Source: Myxococcota bacterium (lineage in GTDB: Bacteria; Myxococcota_A; Polyangia; Polyangiales; Houyiibacteriaceae). Taken from it: a stretch of 64,000 bases of DNA. Positions 30,201 to 40,242 of the stretch are shown here, piece by piece (the first letter of the stretch is position 1; each line of letters starts with the position of its first letter). Under the pieces are notes generated by a model, which was not told the origin of the DNA, did no database searches, and was given only the letters and a program-made list of their open reading frames with translations. The stretch spans positions 1-64,000 of the forward strand of contig JBCCEA010000005.1 in the NCBI GenBank assembly GCA_039030515.1, given 5' to 3'. A program made the position numbers and the translations under genes.

Positions 30201-33200
30201 ATGCGGCGGCTGACGATCACAGCACTGCTGCCGCTCGCGCTCTTCGGATGTGGGATACGGCATGCGGCAGAGGTATTCGCCATCGATTCGCTGCGAGCAA
30301 AAGCCGAGGCCAATCCCGGAGATCCATCGGCCATGCGTGCCCTAGCCATCGGGGAGATTCTTGGCCACGGCGGTGACCCTGAACGCGGCAAGGAGGCTCT
30401 TGAGCGAGCGAGTGCGTTGCTGCCGGGCGATCTCGAGCTCGCTTTTCTGCAGGCTACGACACAATACCATCATGGGCATCTCGACACAGCACTCTCGGAG
30501 TTCCAACGGGTGATCGAACGTGCCGCAGAAACGCAAGACTCTGATGCAGCCCGATTTGTTGCAGAGGCCTCTGCAGCCACCCTGAGCGAACTTGTCGACG
30601 ACGCACCGAGCTTCCGCGAATTGCCAGATGAGTTCTTCGAGGCCTACCTCGACAGTACGAGTCCGTTTTCGAGCAGCACGCGGTATCTACTTGGATCCCT
30701 GTGGATGCAAAAAGCACTGCGTGCGGGAAATCGAAGGCTTGCAGACGAAATAGCGCAGCGGATGGGATGCGTTCAGAACTGGACCCTGGCGGGCCCTTTT
30801 GGCCCCTTCGACCTGCTCGGCTTCGACGAAGATCATCCCGCCGAAGCCTTGGGGCCGATGGAGGCGCAGTACGACTTGGGTGGTTCTCGCGGCGTGCAGC
30901 CCACACGTCGATTGGAAACGATCGCCTGCTCTGCCCATCTCGGCGGTGGACCGGTCATCGCGGGCGGCACCTCGATCCTGGAGAGCTTTGTCGAATCGGA
31001 CGGGGGGACCTATATCCTACGACTGGAGACCCCGAACCTCGTTTCTCTCGCCGTCGATGGGGAGAGTCACATCGTCCGAGACCCGCGACAGGAGATCTCC
31101 CCTCGAACGAGTTACGTGCCGCTGAATCTCTCTGCCGGACGGCACGAGATCACGGTCAAGCTTGCAACGCGCCATCCAAACCCGGTGCTGTCCATCGCGC
31201 TGATTCCTGCTCCAAACGCTGCAGAGCAACCCCGACTAGCAGAGAAACCCCGACTAGCAGCGCAACCCCGACTACCGGAGGGTACGGATCCTTACGGCAG
31301 CTACGTGCGCGCCCTACTAGCGATGTCTCGAGGGGATCTCATGGAGGCCGAAGCAAGTCTAGGAAGCAAAGCGACGAGCGCAGACGCCTCGAGTTTGGTC
31401 AAGATTCTGGCTGCTCGCGTGGCGCTTAGCCATCCGTTGCGCACTCCCGATCTCCGCCGAGACACGGCTCGCAAGCTCTTTCGTGAAGCCCAAGAACGCG
31501 ATTCGACAACGTGGCTCCCTTCGCTGTTCCTCGCCCAACTGACCGCGGCAGAGGGTCGCCACCTTTCGGCCATCGCGTTACTGCGGGAAGCTCAGACGCG
31601 CTTCGATGAGGTCGCAAAACTCCCTCTTGCACTGCATCGGCTCTTTATGGGGCGGGGCTGGGAAGGACTGTCGCGCCAGATGATCGATCGAGCACTCACG
31701 ATCCATCCACACTCCTGCCCCGCTCTTGCTGCGGCGTTTGCGCACGCAAACCGTCTCGATCGGGTGACACAAACGGGTCCGTTGCTCGAACGATTGATGC
31801 ATTGTGATGCCCGCCAAACGGAGCGCCTTGAGTGGCTCGTCCGTGGCCGGAACTGGGCAGGCGCCGAGGCAGAGCTCGCTCGTCTTGAATCACTCACCAG
31901 GGCCCAGAACCGCGCGAGGATTCTATCGTCGAGAGCGCAGCTCCTAAGGGGTCAAGGAGATCTCGAGCAAGCCCAGCAAACGCTCGCAGAGCTCGCTCAA
32001 CTGCGACCGCGATCGGCCATCGTGCAAGTCGACCGCAGCGATCTGTGGCTCGCCTCACAGCAGGACGAAGAAGCGCGCCAGCTCATGGACCGTGCATTTC
32101 AGGAATCTCCTGCCGACATGGCACCGCTCTATTGGCTGCAAAGAGCCTTGTTCGATGAGGATCTATTCGAAGACTTTCGACTCGATGGAGCGCAGGTGCT
32201 CGAAGAGTTCGAGCGTTCCGGGCGGCAGTACGCCGAGCCCCAAGTGCTGGTCCTCGACTATACGGTGACCCGCGTCTTCGAAGACGGTTCGATCATAGAG
32301 CTCACCCACAACATCTTTCGTCTGCAGAGCGAAGAAGCGGTCGACGCCCACGGAGAGTTCCAGATTCCCGCTCGTGCCCGGCTGCTCCGCCTGCACACCA
32401 TCAAAGCAGACGGCCGGGTACTGGAGCCGGATCCGATCGAAGGGAAGGACACGATTTCTCTGCCGGGTCTCATGGCGGGAGACTACGTCGAATACGAATA
32501 TATACGGCTGCTTGAGCCGAAAGAGCGGTACGTCGACGGAGCAGCAGGGGAGCGATTCTACTTTCGCAACTACGAGACTCCCTTCGACCGAAGTGAATTG
32601 ATTGTGATTCTGCCAGCATCGATGCCCCTCGACATCGACCCTCGCGGTGATGCACCGAGGACCCACCGCACCCTTGCTGATGGACTGCAGATTCTGAAAT
32701 GGCGACGTGACGAAAGCCGCCCCCTCGTGCAGGAGCCTAGTGCAGTAAGCCCCAAGGAGTTCTTTCCTTCGATTCGATGGGGCAGTCGCGTCAGCTGGCG
32801 TGCGATGGTCGACCACGCTCGGGATTTGCTCTCCGACAAAGATCCCTTCGACCCGGCGGCACAAAGACTCGTACGCCAGATCCTCCAAGATACGCGCGAC
32901 CCGAGGAAGCGTGCCGAGCTGCTCTACAGCTGGGTGCTCACCGAAATTGAGCACAGCGGTGACTTCTTTGGAAACGCGCCGGCGATGCTCGCTGCCCGAA
33001 CCGGAGACCGAACACGGATTTTGAACTACCTGCTCAATCTGGCCGGCATTCCCAGCGAGCTGATCCTGGTGCGCAGTGCGAGCGACGACCCGACCCCAAC
33101 CGAGCTTGCTGACGAGGAACGCTTTGATCACGCCTTGCTTCGGGTGCGCCTGGAGTCGGAGACGGTCTTTGTCGATGGCTCACAGCGAGGTGCAACTTTT

Positions 33201-34025
33201 GGTGTCCTGCCGCCACACCTCAGGGCACAGCCGGCACTACGACTGCTCCCAAATGCGCCTCGCATTCAGGTACGTGCGAATCGCCCCGGGGAGGATCGAC
33301 ACCTCATAGAGTTGGACGTACGCCTCGGCCTGGACAGTTCTGCGAACATCGACGTGGTAGAAACCTATCGAGGCAGCGCAGCAGCGGCCTGGCGCACCGA
33401 CCTCGAGCGCATTCCTCACGCGGTATTGAACGACCGCTTTGAGCAGGCCTACCTCGCCAAGATGCTGCCTGGATCACACCTAACCTCGCTATCTATCGAC
33501 GGGCGCACCTCAGAGGATGCGTCGTTTCTCATGTCCTACGCGATAGAGCACGCGGACTTCGGTCGACAGCTGGATCACGCATGGGTACTGCCAACCCTGA
33601 TGCCGACACACGCCACCGCGAGATTCACTCCGATCGACCAGCGAACGACGACTCAGCTGGTGTCGTTCCCGGTCGACCAACAGTTGGAGCTACGCATTCA
33701 TCTTTCGGATCGGTCTGCCCTCGGGAACACTCGACAAACCGTGGAAGCGAGGTACCGAGACGCTCTGTTCCGCGAGGAATCTGAATGGAGCGAGGGAACG
33801 CTCATCATACGTCGCACCTTGCAGATACCCATCATGCGCGTGCCCGTTGAAGAGTATGGCGAATTCGCCGACTTTTGCCGTCAGATAGACGTAGCAGAGG
33901 CACGCGAAATTCGCATCGCGAGGCAACCCAACTCACAGGAGCGAGGGTCTACCAATCATGTTTCAGGCTCCGAGCACCTCCGGCAAACCGCTGCTCACGC
34001 CAACGTAGACGTGCTTCAGCGCTGA
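30201..34025 (+). CDS. TPR + DUF3857 + transglutaminase-like lipoprotein lacking the catalytic Cys
   Basis: LALFGC lipobox; GDYVEYEY; RTGDRTR at the GDC position; FDHALL; VDGS; start uncertain (ORF open from 29976). Confidence 0.82.
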   Translation: MRRLTITALLPLALFGCGIRHAAEVFAIDSLRAKAEANPGDPSAMRALAIGEILGHGGDPERGKEALERASALLPGDLELAFLQATTQYHHGHLDTALSEFQRVIERAAETQDSDAARFVAEASAATLSELVDDAPSFRELPDEFFEAYLDSTSPFSSSTRYLLGSLWMQKALRAGNRRLADEIAQRMGCVQNWTLAGPFGPFDLLGFDEDHPAEALGPMEAQYDLGGSRGVQPTRRLETIACSAHLGGGPVIAGGTSILESFVESDGGTYILRLETPNLVSLAVDGESHIVRDPRQEISPRTSYVPLNLSAGRHEITVKLATRHPNPVLSIALIPAPNAAEQPRLAEKPRLAAQPRLPEGTDPYGSYVRALLAMSRGDLMEAEASLGSKATSADASSLVKILAARVALSHPLRTPDLRRDTARKLFREAQERDSTTWLPSLFLAQLTAAEGRHLSAIALLREAQTRFDEVAKLPLALHRLFMGRGWEGLSRQMIDRALTIHPHSCPALAAAFAHANRLDRVTQTGPLLERLMHCDARQTERLEWLVRGRNWAGAEAELARLESLTRAQNRARILSSRAQLLRGQGDLEQAQQTLAELAQLRPRSAIVQVDRSDLWLASQQDEEARQLMDRAFQESPADMAPLYWLQRALFDEDLFEDFRLDGAQVLEEFERSGRQYAEPQVLVLDYTVTRVFEDGSIIELTHNIFRLQSEEAVDAHGEFQIPARARLLRLHTIKADGRVLEPDPIEGKDTISLPGLMAGDYVEYEYIRLLEPKERYVDGAAGERFYFRNYETPFDRSELIVILPASMPLDIDPRGDAPRTHRTLADGLQILKWRRDESRPLVQEPSAVSPKEFFPSIRWGSRVSWRAMVDHARDLLSDKDPFDPAAQRLVRQILQDTRDPRKRAELLYSWVLTEIEHSGDFFGNAPAMLAARTGDRTRILNYLLNLAGIPSELILVRSASDDPTPTELADEERFDHALLRVRLESETVFVDGSQRGATFGVLPPHLRAQPALRLLPNAPRIQVRANRPGEDRHLIELDVRLGLDSSANIDVVETYRGSAAAAWRTDLERIPHAVLNDRFEQAYLAKMLPGSHLTSLSIDGRTSEDASFLMSYAIEHADFGRQLDHAWVLPTLMPTHATARFTPIDQRTTTQLVSFPVDQQLELRIHLSDRSALGNTRQTVEARYRDALFREESEWSEGTLIIRRTLQIPIMRVPVEEYGEFADFCRQIDVAEAREIRIARQPNSQERGSTNHVSGSEHLRQTAAHANVDVLQR

Positions 34026-34924
34026 GGTGGGAGGTACGAGGGCACCCACCAACAACTTCGTTTGAGCGACTCCGATTCGTCATCCGCCCAGAACTCTTCC
34101 AGTTGTTCCCAGCCTACCTTCAAGTCGAGATCTTCTTGTTCGAGTAGGTCGGGAAGTGAGCCACCCTTGAGACGCATTTCACGAAAAAGCTGAGCAGGGA
34201 TGGGGATCGCCTGAACAAAATGAATCGTGGCACACGATCGATCGGTGGATGATGAGAGATTCAAGCGGTGAAAGGCCAGGTTCTCAGGCGCTTGTAAGAG
34301 CAAGAAGTAACGGTATCTTAGGGGCAGTGCACCGAGGTGGATGAGGCTCCCGGTGGCGAAGGCCTCCGTATCTGGGTGGGAGGTCGCCATGGTTGTGGCG
34401 AGTGCCTGCAGCGCCTGAAGCAGGTCTTGATCGCGGGACGTTGCGTACGCCACAAACTCCAATCGGGGCTGAGGTCCCGGGCCCGGTTGAGGCAGGGCGC
34501 CCAGACCCACGGTGCCGTAAGAATATAGCTTTTCGGTCTTCGTCGATCCTGATGTGGTCGCTTCTATTCGGGTGGAGCGATGAATGGCGATCCAGTAGGG
34601 AGGCACGCCCTCAGCTCTGTAGCTGGGTTCTATGTCCTCTCGCAGGCTGCCCCAAGCGCGATCGTAGTGTTTTCGAACTCCAGAGCTGACGTCAGCAACC
34701 CGATCTCGATCGTTCGATTCGATGGTCTGCGGGGCAGAGAAGCTCTGTGGACTCAGAGAAGGCACCTCAAAGATTTCATACCCTGCAGTCTTCAGCACGT
34801 CTATTACTCCAGAAGCTAACTCGACTATGGCCGCGGCGGTCGGGGGCCCACTTGGGGATTTGGGGCCTTCATGATCTGCCCGGTGACGACTCGGGATCTG
34901 CTCGGCGACCAATCGCAAAGGCAA
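34016..34924 (-). CDS. Hypothetical protein, possible SUFU (suppressor of fused)-like domain
   Basis: HYDRAWG, YSYGTVGLG..RLEFVAY, IHFVQAIPI resemble bacterial SUFU-like proteins. Confidence 0.5.
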   Translation of the reverse strand: MPLRLVAEQIPSRHRADHEGPKSPSGPPTAAAIVELASGVIDVLKTAGYEIFEVPSLSPQSFSAPQTIESNDRDRVADVSSGVRKHYDRAWGSLREDIEPSYRAEGVPPYWIAIHRSTRIEATTSGSTKTEKLYSYGTVGLGALPQPGPGPQPRLEFVAYATSRDQDLLQALQALATTMATSHPDTEAFATGSLIHLGALPLRYRYFLLLQAPENLAFHRLNLSSSTDRSCATIHFVQAIPIPAQLFREMRLKGGSLPDLLEQEDLDLKVGWEQLEEFWADDESESLKRSCWWVPSYLPPQR

Positions 34925-35280
34925 CTAGCACAAAAGGCGATCCCAAGTCGAAAGATACTCGTATTCACGGACTGCGAAGGCAGGCATCGTTTCATGTAGT
35001 CGCACCGAAGTTCGAGGCCCACATCCCCGCACTTCCTAGGTTTCTGGGCCAAAAGCTTGAATCCCTCGGTGTCGGAGCCCGACGACGTGCGGAGGAGCGC
35101 ATCAGGTAGGCGAGCAATTCATTTGAGGCCGCATCGCACCGCTTACTCGACGCAACCGACCGCTTCTCTAGCCCCGCGAGTCCTGCACTGGGCATGATCA
35201 CCCTCTCGCCGCAGATACTCCGGGCTCAACAGGCCAAAATGGGGCGTCAACCCAATGCTTCGCGCCGCCGGTAGAGGAAC

Positions 35281-35859
35281 TTACTGCTCGTAGCGCTGTT
35301 TTTGCAGGTAAAGACGCCGCAGTTCGTTAGCAGAAGGCGGATCTTTGGAAGGAGGCACCCGTTCGACCACCTCGATCTGCGCTCCACCGTCGGGCATGGC
35401 GCGCACGACCACGTCGAGTTTTACCTGACCGCCCCGAACCCCACGCGGTACTGCGTAGCGATACGCCGCTCCTTGAGCACCGATTTTCTCGACCTGACCG
35501 GTAAAGAGTCGTGGGCCGAAGTACTGCAGCACTTTCGCTATCGGAACCTCAGTGCGGTAGCGGTGCTTGCGACGTTCTTCCGCTTCAAGGCGGAGTCCTC
35601 TGGGCATCCGCAAACCCGCGATCACATCCGACCCCCCGAGCAACGCACCTTCGTCGTCATACGTCGGTCGGGCCGGCTCCACTGCTGCCGTTTCCTGAGG
35701 TTCGATCACTACGGGCAGCTCTTGAACCTCAGCTTCACTCGGTTCCGACCGACAACCGACCGCGCAGATCGCTGCAGCTACCACCAAAAGCCAAGGTGTG
35801 TACCTGGAACCTCCAACTTGGCGGGCCCAGGTGTGTCGATCGGAAGGGTCTTGCTTCAC
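35281..35859 (-). CDS. Hypothetical lipoprotein downstream of pilY1
   Basis: AICAVGC lipobox; 18-bp gap after pilY1. Confidence 0.7.
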   Translation of the reverse strand: MKQDPSDRHTWARQVGGSRYTPWLLVVAAAICAVGCRSEPSEAEVQELPVVIEPQETAAVEPARPTYDDEGALLGGSDVIAGLRMPRGLRLEAEERRKHRYRTEVPIAKVLQYFGPRLFTGQVEKIGAQGAAYRYAVPRGVRGGQVKLDVVVRAMPDGGAQIEVVERVPPSKDPPSANELRRLYLQKQRYEQ

Positions 35860-35877
35860 TGAGCGTCGATTGTCGCG

Positions 35878-38800
35878 CTAGTCCACCGATACCGCAACGC
35901 TTCTGACGTTGGTAAACGCCGCGGGCGGCTCTAGGTCCTGGGAGAACTCATTCACGGTCCCTCCCGGCATGGAATTGTTGGAGTCGCCTCCAGAAAGCTG
36001 CGCAACCAGTCGAAAACGGGAACCGCTGGAACCGTTGACCTGAAAATGACTTCCGGTCGACGAAGCGACATACGGATCATTGACGCTCGCTCCGGTCACA
36101 CACGTCGGCTCTTGGGAAACCCCAACGCCCAGCACCACGGTGTTCTCGAGGTCGGTATTGACTGTTTCCGTCAGCGCTCCCAGGGAAGGCGCGGCAAAAC
36201 CGGAGAGACGATGCACTTCGATCGGGTCGCCGCTGCCGTCTAGCGACTCAAATCTGCCGACGGGAATCTCGCTGCCTGAGGGACTCTGCTCCTGAATGTA
36301 GTCGAGCCCCCACATGCGGCTTGCTCCAAAAGAACAGTAGTCCGTTGGATTGACAGCGCTGACGAAGGTTCCGAAGTACACCACCCCGTCGAAGTAGTCG
36401 ATGGGACCGGTGACGAGCTCTTGTGAGTCGAGGTCGAGTTTCCAGTTCACCGTGAGGTCGATAGAACCCGTAGGGGCGCCGTTTGAATCGAACTGCACTT
36501 CTTCTTTGAATGAAAAGATCCGATTGAACGTGGCCGCCGTATCGAGGCGATCCACATCGCCAGTGCCTACGATCACGATCGGATTGGACGCTTCATCCAC
36601 CGCGACCACTGGAGGATAAAAGGAGGACTGTCCTTCGGTAGCCGACCGCCCTGAGTAGAGGTCGAAGAGTCCGCTGACCGACCAGTTGGATGGGTTTGTG
36701 CTGGAAAGATCGAGGCGATAGAGAATGCCGTCTTCATCGGTGAAGTAACCCGAAGTCGCGATCGAACCCACCGCTCCCGAGTAGAGTGAAACGCTACCGC
36801 TCACCGGGGCGTGAAAGTTCCCTTCTTCGATGCGCGCAAGAGGACGTCCGGTCGCCACATCCAACACATACAGCGCTTTGCCGCTTCCGATGCCGCTCCC
36901 GTAGCAGCCTCGCTGGGAACGCGAAGCATACCCGTCAACGGTACCTGGATCTGAGAAATGAGACGCTGGCGGCGCACAGCCAGAGGTGTTGACTGCGGAA
37001 GAACGCCCCCCACCGACCACGACTACACCTCGTTCGTGCAGCTGGCCGTTGATCTCGACGAGCACCTGACCGATGGCGGGCTGCCCGTACGCTTCGCCCA
37101 TCGTCGGTGTGCTGAACTGCCACAGAAATTCGGGTTCCAACGGACTCGTTACATCCAACGCAAAATATCCGTTACCGCCCGCGCGAAAACCCATCACGAG
37201 CACCGTTCGGTAGTCGTTGGAGTCTCCGCCGCCAGCGTCTCGACCTAAGAAGACGTCCTTGACCATCGGGATGCCGTCTACGGTCCAGGTATGTCCCGTG
37301 GTCACCGCATCCAACTTGCTCAGGATCATCGGCGGGGCGAAGGCCCAAAGTTCCTCGCCTTCGCTCACCGACTGCACATTGCCGGATTGATCGGTGACCC
37401 CGGTGGTGTCTTCGGCAGCGATCGCGTGCAGAAGCCCGTCGTTCGTCCCCACGTAGACGACGATGGGACGCGTCGCCACGTGGGGAAGCTCGCGGAAATC
37501 ATTGTAGCTGTCGTCATCAATGCCGGATCCGGGTGGACCGACCACCGCAGGGGACGAATGGTAGATATCCCCAAAGTGGTTGTCTTCTCGATCGGGATGA
37601 TCCCCGCGAATCCACTCGACAATATCGTCTCGTTGACCCGTTTCGGACGGCGATAGGTTGAAGTAGTCGGGTGCAATGTTGGCGGCGGTAAAACTGACCA
37701 GCCCGAGTCCCCGCTCGAGTGCCGGATCACCCGGCATAGGCACCCCATAGTCCGCCGCGGTATCAACGGATCCCTCCATTCGACCTTCTGCAAGCCCAGG
37801 ATTGGTGGGTGTCACCGTCCAGATGTTCCGCGCGGCCGGATCCATCGCGTTGATCGTTTCGTGAAAGCGGTCGGAAGCGGTCAACGTCTGCTCCTCAACG
37901 GTGGTGCCGGAACAGCTAAACCGGCGTCGTTCGAGCACGCCTTCCCAGGGCGCATTTTCGTTTTCCGGAATCCGAAATCCCGAGTTGAACTGGTATTGCG
38001 TCAGACTTCCAGGCGAGGCGGTCCGGGAAAAAGCCGGTGACGTGCGGGTCGTGGTTCCGCGCGAAGCCTGAGATAGAATCGTATCCAATGCAGAGCGAAG
38101 GTCTGCCGCCGTCGATGCAAAGTATGCTTGGGTGGTGCCGCCGTTGAGCGCGATGCGATCGAGTTCATCGCGAATATCCGTCTCGCTCACGTTGAGTCCA
38201 ACCACGAAAAGCCCATCGAGGACTCCGGTGCACTCACCGCCAGACATGGCACAAAGGTTTGCCGCGATATCTTCCGGCAGCGGGTACGGACACTCGTAGC
38301 CGGCAAGAGTGCTGTTTTCGCAGAAGACAGGATCACCGCGCATGCTCGACCCGGGACGCCCGTCGGTCGTCAAAATGGCGTACCGCTCTCGGCACTCATA
38401 AAAAGGGTCTCCATCGGGAGCACCATCGCCGTCTGCATCCACTCCAATCGTAAATCCACTGCGAACGTCGTTATGAGTGGTGAAGTAGTATTCGATATCC
38501 GAGAGCAAACCCGCGATCGGAGTTCCACCGTACGGGCGGATCGCATCGAGCGAATCGGGCCCAGACATCTCTTCGGTGAGAGCATCCTGAATCTGCGTGT
38601 TGCGCAGCCAGTGATCGCTGGCCAGGGGATCCCCTGCAACTCCGGTAATCGGGTCTATCTGCAGCTCCGGCCCGACTGAGATAAGCCCACCTCCTGTTGC
38701 GGACTCGTTGCGAGCCCCGTTGTTGAGCGCATGCGGTTCGGAGCAGTTTTCAAAACCGTAGGTGGCCACGTTTCCGTACGACCATTCTCCTTCTTCATCA

Positions 38801-39453
38801 GAGTTCATGACCGGCTCACTGTTGTAGATAGTTTCGGTCATGACCTGCGGCTCACCGAGTCGAGTCGACATGGTGTCGAAGGTCATCAAACCAAACTTGA
38901 CCCGGTCTCGGTAGACATCGAGGATGCCGTCGGAGCTTTGAGGCTGGTTGAAATCGATATCGACGTGAGGAAGGTAGTAGAGATAGTCGTACGCGTCGGT
39001 CGCATAGCCGTTGCCGGAATCGCGCGTTTGGTGAACGGTCGATTGAAAAGGGCTCAGCGTGCCGGTCAGAGTCTCGACGACGGTAGACCATCGATTGCGG
39101 GTGTCGTCGGTGGTCGGCACGCACTCGATGCAGGCTGTGGTCACGCAAGCGCAATCGAGATCGCGTTCCATGGAACCTGAGGTATCGATACCCAGCATGA
39201 TGACAGGACGAATGTTCCGAACATCCGGACTCTGCGCCCGAGCAGAAGACGCAAAAGCCCCTAAAAGAGCGCCCAAAACCAGCACAAAAGCAGAAAGAGA
39301 CGTCAGATATCCCACGTAGCGCAGGTGCGGTGGGGTACTTCGAGCTCCGAGCACCCCCTTGCGCGACAACTGAGCTAAGCGAGCGAGCGAGCCGACCGCT
39401 GAGCGCTGTAGATTGTTGTTTTTCTTGCGCTCCATAATATGCCCCCAACCCAT
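35878..39453 (-). CDS. pilY1: Type IV pilus tip adhesin PilY1 (vWA + beta-propeller)
   Basis: DTSGSM, GGTP and TDG (MIDAS); GDIYHSSP, YVGTNDGLLHA, GEELWAF, VDG, YFALDVT; start uncertain. Confidence 0.9.
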   Translation of the reverse strand: MGWGHIMERKKNNNLQRSAVGSLARLAQLSRKGVLGARSTPPHLRYVGYLTSLSAFVLVLGALLGAFASSARAQSPDVRNIRPVIMLGIDTSGSMERDLDCACVTTACIECVPTTDDTRNRWSTVVETLTGTLSPFQSTVHQTRDSGNGYATDAYDYLYYLPHVDIDFNQPQSSDGILDVYRDRVKFGLMTFDTMSTRLGEPQVMTETIYNSEPVMNSDEEGEWSYGNVATYGFENCSEPHALNNGARNESATGGGLISVGPELQIDPITGVAGDPLASDHWLRNTQIQDALTEEMSGPDSLDAIRPYGGTPIAGLLSDIEYYFTTHNDVRSGFTIGVDADGDGAPDGDPFYECRERYAILTTDGRPGSSMRGDPVFCENSTLAGYECPYPLPEDIAANLCAMSGGECTGVLDGLFVVGLNVSETDIRDELDRIALNGGTTQAYFASTAADLRSALDTILSQASRGTTTRTSPAFSRTASPGSLTQYQFNSGFRIPENENAPWEGVLERRRFSCSGTTVEEQTLTASDRFHETINAMDPAARNIWTVTPTNPGLAEGRMEGSVDTAADYGVPMPGDPALERGLGLVSFTAANIAPDYFNLSPSETGQRDDIVEWIRGDHPDREDNHFGDIYHSSPAVVGPPGSGIDDDSYNDFRELPHVATRPIVVYVGTNDGLLHAIAAEDTTGVTDQSGNVQSVSEGEELWAFAPPMILSKLDAVTTGHTWTVDGIPMVKDVFLGRDAGGGDSNDYRTVLVMGFRAGGNGYFALDVTSPLEPEFLWQFSTPTMGEAYGQPAIGQVLVEINGQLHERGVVVVGGGRSSAVNTSGCAPPASHFSDPGTVDGYASRSQRGCYGSGIGSGKALYVLDVATGRPLARIEEGNFHAPVSGSVSLYSGAVGSIATSGYFTDEDGILYRLDLSSTNPSNWSVSGLFDLYSGRSATEGQSSFYPPVVAVDEASNPIVIVGTGDVDRLDTAATFNRIFSFKEEVQFDSNGAPTGSIDLTVNWKLDLDSQELVTGPIDYFDGVVYFGTFVSAVNPTDYCSFGASRMWGLDYIQEQSPSGSEIPVGRFESLDGSGDPIEVHRLSGFAAPSLGALTETVNTDLENTVVLGVGVSQEPTCVTGASVNDPYVASSTGSHFQVNGSSGSRFRLVAQLSGGDSNNSMPGGTVNEFSQDLEPPAAFTNVRSVAVSVD

Positions 39454-39475
39454 CTTTTGCCCCCTACCCCTGCAA

Positions 39476-40198
39476 TCATCGCGCAAACGGACCGCTGAAC
39501 CCGTGGGCCCGAGCATCCGATGCACCCTCGTGCGCGAACCGGACCACCGTGTCATCAGCCCCATCTCCATCGGAGTCGAAGTTGACCGACTGTTGGGTGT
39601 CGACCGGTAGGCGTGTGCGGCCACGCGCGGTCAAGGTCACGTTAAGAAATTGCAGCTGACCTAGTCCGTCGGCACGCCCACCCTGAACAACCGGGCTGAC
39701 GTAGTGATCGTAGACATCGATAACGTAAAATGGCTGATACGCGTGGTCATCTCCGAACGCCGCCAGTTCTATCGGCTCTTCGGTCGTTGCCGTCATTCCG
39801 ACGAAGTCACCTTGACCCAAACGATAGGATTCTCGGCCGGGCAGTAGCGGTACTTCGAAAGGCTCCGGGGGTGTGACCATCCCAACGCCACCTGCCTGTC
39901 GCAATCGGACGGATTCCTGCAGGGCGAAAAGCAAGGACGCTGGGCCATAAAAGTCGACCCATGCGGTTGCGGCATTGAGCGCGGTCTCTGCCACGTAGTC
40001 GGTTTGCAGTGCCTGTCTTTGATAGGTTGCCGCGCGCAACTCAAAGGCGGTTGAACGGATCGAGTAGTAGGCGGTTGCGGTGATCATCAGCAGCATCAAC
40101 ATCACGACCAGCATGGCGGCACCCTCTTCAGAGCGTGACTTTGATCGGACAAGCGACTTTGACGTCGACAAGCGGCCGCGCTTTGAAAGGCGGCGCAT
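39476..40198 (-). CDS. pilX: PilX-like minor pilin
   Basis: EEG|AAMLVVMLMLL prepilin leader without Glu5; YVAETA; position between pilW and pilY1. Confidence 0.8.
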   Translation of the reverse strand: MRRLSKRGRLSTSKSLVRSKSRSEEGAAMLVVMLMLLMITATAYYSIRSTAFELRAATYQRQALQTDYVAETALNAATAWVDFYGPASLLFALQESVRLRQAGGVGMVTPPEPFEVPLLPGRESYRLGQGDFVGMTATTEEPIELAAFGDDHAYQPFYVIDVYDHYVSPVVQGGRADGLGQLQFLNVTLTARGRTRLPVDTQQSVNFDSDGDGADDTVVRFAHEGASDARAHGFSGPFAR

Positions 40199-40242
40199 GG
40201 GCGTGTCGCGCCTCGACAAACCACGGAACTCCGATCGACTCC

